64,000 bases of DNA from an uncultured Bacilli bacterium (GTDB taxonomy: Bacteria > Bacillota_I > Bacilli_A > RF39 > UBA660): NCBI GenBank assembly GCA_934177995.1, contig CAKPPW010000002.1, positions 16,425-80,424 of the forward strand, read 5' to 3'. Shown here one piece after another: positions 61,357 through 64,000 of the stretch. The position numbers were made by a program, and so were the translations under genes. Each line of letters opens with the position of its first letter. The first letter of the stretch is position 1. The notes beneath the pieces are model-generated. The model did not search any database and was not told where the DNA came from. It worked only from the letters and a program-made list of their open reading frames with translations.

Positions 61357-63019
61357 ATGGGCAGTTCATGGAGTTCAAGGTAGAATCAAATGTATTGATT
61401 ATATTAAAAATCCAGAAAAGACTATGGGTGGTAAATTAGTTACAGGAATAAATTGTTCAGCTGAATTAGCACCTTATGATATGTTAAGAAATAGTCAAAA
61501 GTTTAATATTGAAGAAGACAATGATAGTAGAACTTGTTATCATGCTTATCAATCATTTGATCCAAAAGAAAAAAGTTTAACTCCTGAAGAAGTACATCAG
61601 ATGGGTATAGAACTTGCTAAAAGATTATATCCAGATTTTCAAGTAATAGTTTGTACCCATGTAGACCATTTACATTTGCATAATCACTTTTGCATATCAG
61701 CCGTAAATCTAAAAGGTAGAAAGTTAGAAGACAGATTATCAAATCCTGTTGAGGGGTTATATGGATTAAGAGATGTAAGTGATCAAATTGCCTTAGAGCA
61801 TGGACTTCATATAATTGAAGATGCCCCTAAGATTGGTCATTACCATAAGAATAAATATTTATACGACATTGCTAATAAATCATGGAGAAAGCAGATTGCA
61901 GAAATGATTGATACATTAAAAGATAAATGCTATTCATTTGATGAGTTATTAGAGCAACTTGCTTTAGAAGGATACTTAATTAAGCATGGTAAAAACATTC
62001 GTGTAAAACCTTACGGAAAAGAAAGATATGTAACAATGAAAATATTAGGTGATGATTATAGTGAAGAAGCTTTGAAAATATTTTTTAGAGAAAAAAGAAG
62101 AAACCAAAAAGTTATTAATTTTGAAGAATATAAGTTAAATGTCAATGATAGCGAAATTTTAAATATATATGACCAATTAGCAAGATTGTCCAAACATTCA
62201 GTTTTATATACTATGCAGGATTTGGATTCTAATTCAGATTATTATAAATATTACAATTCTCGTTATTTAGAAGTAAAGCGTTATCATCAATTAGTAGATA
62301 CTATTAACTTTTTAAATAACCACGAAATATATAACTATAATTCATTAGAAAATCAAATTAGAGAAATAAAAAATGATATTAAACAAAAAGAGGAAGAATA
62401 TCAATCATTACTATCTAAACATGAAACATTACAACTTAGGATTCCATTATGCAATTTATATATAAAATATTTGGATGATTATAATGGATATTTAGAACAA
62501 CAAGATATTTATCCATCTGGTGCTGAATTGCCTAATGAAGTAAAAGCATTTTTAGATATAAAATCAGAATTAAATGTTGAAAATCCAGAAGAGGTGGAGG
62601 AAATTATTTCAGAAGCAAATAGGATGAAAATGGATATGAACAAAAGATATGCTTATTTATCTTATTTAAAAAATAAAGCCAGTGAATTAGAAAAAATAAA
62701 AGGCATTTCATTAGAGAGTGAAAAGGGATATATTAAAAGTGTATCTATTAGTAAAAATATGATTGATGAACAACGCTCATCTTTAGATGAATATTGCATT
62801 CGTATTCCATATAGTGAATACTTTTTTTATGTTCCCAAAAAGAGTGTTGCGTGGATTAGTTATGATACCAGAGGAATTGTATATTTAGTAGATGATAAAG
62901 AATATGCTCTATATGATCAATATGATAAAGAAATAGAAAGAGTTAATGGAGAAGAAATAGAAAAAATATCAAAAGATGAAAAACAAAAAGTAAATGAATA
63001 TTATAAAGAAAAATATTGA
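61319..63019 (+). CDS. Relaxase/mobilization nuclease (MOBP-type, Relaxase family)
   Basis: ORF track 61289..; likely start ATG 61319 or GTG 61331 (giving (M)ILIPATARW...IDYIKNPEKT, typical N-terminus); motif III CTHVDHLHLHNHFCISAVN; HAYQSF. Confidence 0.85.
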   Translation: MNGQVILIPATARWAVHGVQGRIKCIDYIKNPEKTMGGKLVTGINCSAELAPYDMLRNSQKFNIEEDNDSRTCYHAYQSFDPKEKSLTPEEVHQMGIELAKRLYPDFQVIVCTHVDHLHLHNHFCISAVNLKGRKLEDRLSNPVEGLYGLRDVSDQIALEHGLHIIEDAPKIGHYHKNKYLYDIANKSWRKQIAEMIDTLKDKCYSFDELLEQLALEGYLIKHGKNIRVKPYGKERYVTMKILGDDYSEEALKIFFREKRRNQKVINFEEYKLNVNDSEILNIYDQLARLSKHSVLYTMQDLDSNSDYYKYYNSRYLEVKRYHQLVDTINFLNNHEIYNYNSLENQIREIKNDIKQKEEEYQSLLSKHETLQLRIPLCNLYIKYLDDYNGYLEQQDIYPSGAELPNEVKAFLDIKSELNVENPEEVEEIISEANRMKMDMNKRYAYLSYLKNKASELEKIKGISLESEKGYIKSVSISKNMIDEQRSSLDEYCIRIPYSEYFFYVPKKSVAWISYDTRGIVYLVDDKEYALYDQYDKEIERVNGEEIEKISKDEKQKVNEYYKEKY

Positions 63020-63041
63020 TAAAAAAGAAAAGGAGAAAACA

Positions 63042-63278
63042 ATGAATATAGAAAAAATAAAAGACCATATAAAATATTTAAGAGGGGATAAATATAATAC
63101 AGAATTTTATGTTGCTTTATTAGCTTATGATATTTTTGAATTTGATGAAAAAGAGATAACAGAAGAGATAATAAATAAGATATTTGAAATAGAAGATAGA
63201 TATGATTCCATATATAATGAGGAACTTCGTGATGAACTAAGGAGAGAAATAGAAGAAAATCAAGAAATAGAAATGTAA
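63042..63278 (+). CDS. Hypothetical 78-aa acidic protein
   Basis: ORF track 62994..; ATG 63042 after AAAAGGAGAAAAC. Confidence 0.55.
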   Translation: MNIEKIKDHIKYLRGDKYNTEFYVALLAYDIFEFDEKEITEEIINKIFEIEDRYDSIYNEELRDELRREIEENQEIEM

Positions 63279-63282
63279 CTTG

Positions 63283-63312
63283 TTGTAAATTTTTTCTGTT
63301 TTGTGGTATAAT
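63283..63312 (+). promoter_or_regulatory. Sigma-A promoter with extended -10
   Basis: TTGTAA 63283-63288, 18-nt spacer, TGgTATAAT 63304-63312. Confidence 0.55.
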
Positions 63313-63334
63313 AGTCAGCCGATAGGGGGACTTT

Positions 63335-63631
63335 ATGAAAGATTATAAACAAATACTAAAAGAAGTAAACAATACTATAACTAGCAATAAGATTTTTTCA
63401 AAACAAGATTTTGAAAAAATGAGTGATTATCTTTTTACTATGAAACAACCTTTAGTTTTTTCAGAACCAAATTCTATTGAATATTATGTTTATTTTGCTA
63501 TTCAAAATACTTCTTTATATTTAGATAAATGTAGAAATAAGAATATAAATTGGAATGTATCTTACCAGAAATTAGGAAAAAAGATAACAAAATATTGGAC
63601 TAAGGAGTACAAAAAGTTTAGTCTAGCATAG
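63335..63631 (+). CDS. Hypothetical protein
   Basis: SD ATAGGGGGAC. Confidence 0.55.
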   Translation: MKDYKQILKEVNNTITSNKIFSKQDFEKMSDYLFTMKQPLVFSEPNSIEYYVYFAIQNTSLYLDKCRNKNINWNVSYQKLGKKITKYWTKEYKKFSLA

Positions 63632-63663
63632 GTTGTTACTGAATTAGTATTTATGTATGGAAG

Positions 63664-63688
63664 CCACTTTAATTATTAAGTGGTTTTT
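63664..63688 (+). terminator. Rho-independent terminator
   Basis: CCACTT-8 nt-AAGTGG followed by TTTTT. Confidence 0.6.
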
Positions 63689-63712
63689 ATTTTCATGAAA
63701 GGAAAGAATAAA

Positions 63713-64000
63713 ATGAAAAAACTAAAAATTTTTTTGTTATTGATATTATTGTCTTCTTTAATATATTGTGTTTTTGAAATATACCAAATATATAAAGAAG
63801 AAAAAAATACAGCAGATATAAAAGAAGAACTAATTGAATTAATTGATATTCCTGAAAATATAGAAGAGGAATCACCTTTTAGTGTAAACTTTTCAGAATT
63901 GCAAAAAATTAATCCTGATATTGTGGGTTGGATTTTAATTGATGGAACTCAAATCAACTATCCAATTGTTCAAGGAAAAGATAATTCGTATTACTTGAAT
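63713..64000 (+). CDS. Class-B-like sortase, N-terminal part (runs off window end)
   Basis: Not in ORF track (no stop). ATG 63713 after AAAGGAAAG; [20 protein letters not shown]; [31 protein letters not shown] is the typical SrtB N-terminal signature. Confidence 0.7.
   Translation, partial: MKKLKIFLLLILLSSLIYCVFEIYQIYKEEKNTADIKEELIELIDIPENIEEESPFSVNFSELQKINPDIVGWILIDGTQINYPIVQGKDNSYYLN

Larger units (their letters stand above)
5796..64000 (+). mobile_element. Integrative conjugative element (partial; right end beyond window)
   Basis: Tyrosine integrase at the left edge, Rep-like and repressor module, complete Gram-positive T4SS gene set, ssb/ardC/primase/methylase, MobC plus relaxase and putative oriT. 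Identical 18-nt operator copies at 9.5, 9.6, 44.4 and 52.2 kb link the modules. The left boundary is only approximate. Confidence 0.75.

Noticed and set aside
50401-63041. Recurrent TAGAAAAGGAGAAAA(C/T)A-ATG sequence before many genes as a dispersed repeat
   Set aside because: It is simply a strong consensus SD in an A-rich context reused by tightly packed operon genes, with no extended conservation beyond about 15 nt.
1-64000. CRISPR arrays, rRNA or tRNA genes (for example a tRNA as the ICE integration target)
   Set aside because: I found no regularly spaced direct repeats and no GC-rich cloverleaf-like segment. The int-proximal junction abuts a protein gene instead. A tRNAscan/Infernal run would be needed for certainty.
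1-64000. Alternative genetic code (TGA as sense, Mollicutes-like), considered because of the extreme AT content and odd start codons
   Set aside because: Long ORFs (up to 1123 aa) are intact under the standard code, and TGA is used as an apparent terminal stop (for example 2541-2543 and 7341-7343, the latter followed by TAA). Nothing requires recoding.

Overview
Very AT-rich, low-GC Firmicutes (Clostridia-like) DNA; almost all genes are on the + strand. Positions 1-5.8 kb look chromosomal and encode cell-envelope functions. These include a dockerin-bearing glucosaminidase next to a cohesin-bearing membrane protein, a phosphodiester glycosidase and a SEC-C motif protein. From about 5.8 kb to the window end I read one large integrative conjugative element (ICE) whose right end lies outside the window. 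Its modules are: (1) tyrosine integrase, winged-helix Rep-like protein and a divergent HTH repressor switch (6-9.6 kb); (2) MazF-like toxin, cold-shock protein, ArpU-like regulator and CAP-domain protein (9.6-12.8 kb); (3) cargo (13-28 kb) with a two-permease FtsX-type ABC system plus a secreted protein, two paralogous secreted 4-Cys protein cassettes, and a holin / M23-LysM hydrolase / sigma-region-4 regulator / large signal-less murein hydrolase cluster; (4) a sortase-type giant adhesin and an 11-repeat Listeria-Bacteroides-repeat protein (28.4-35 kb); (5) orphan DNA methyltransferase and zinc-finger/Toprim primase (35-41 kb); (6) a Gram-positive type IV secretion set with PcfB-like protein, VirD4-like coupling protein, Maff2/VirB2-like, VirB6-like, PrgI/VirB3-like, VirB4-like ATPase and CHAP hydrolase (41-51.6 kb); (7) a leading-region-like block with XRE regulator, SSB, NT5C-like nucleotidase, ArdC and many unknown acidic proteins (51.6-59.9 kb); (8) a GC-richer putative oriT (59.9 kb) followed by MobC-like and relaxase genes; (9) a class-B-like sortase cut by the window end. 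The signals most worth following are these. An 18-nt palindromic element occurs in 4 identical copies, plus 2 variant copies at the repressor's divergent promoters, linking modules 43 kb apart. The holin-centred cluster resembles toxin or bacteriocin export loci. A shared acidic E-(I/M/L)-E C-terminal tail sits on many unrelated ICE proteins. Several ORFs have a good SD but only an ATA or ATT start. All family calls come from motif recognition by eye; no searches were run.
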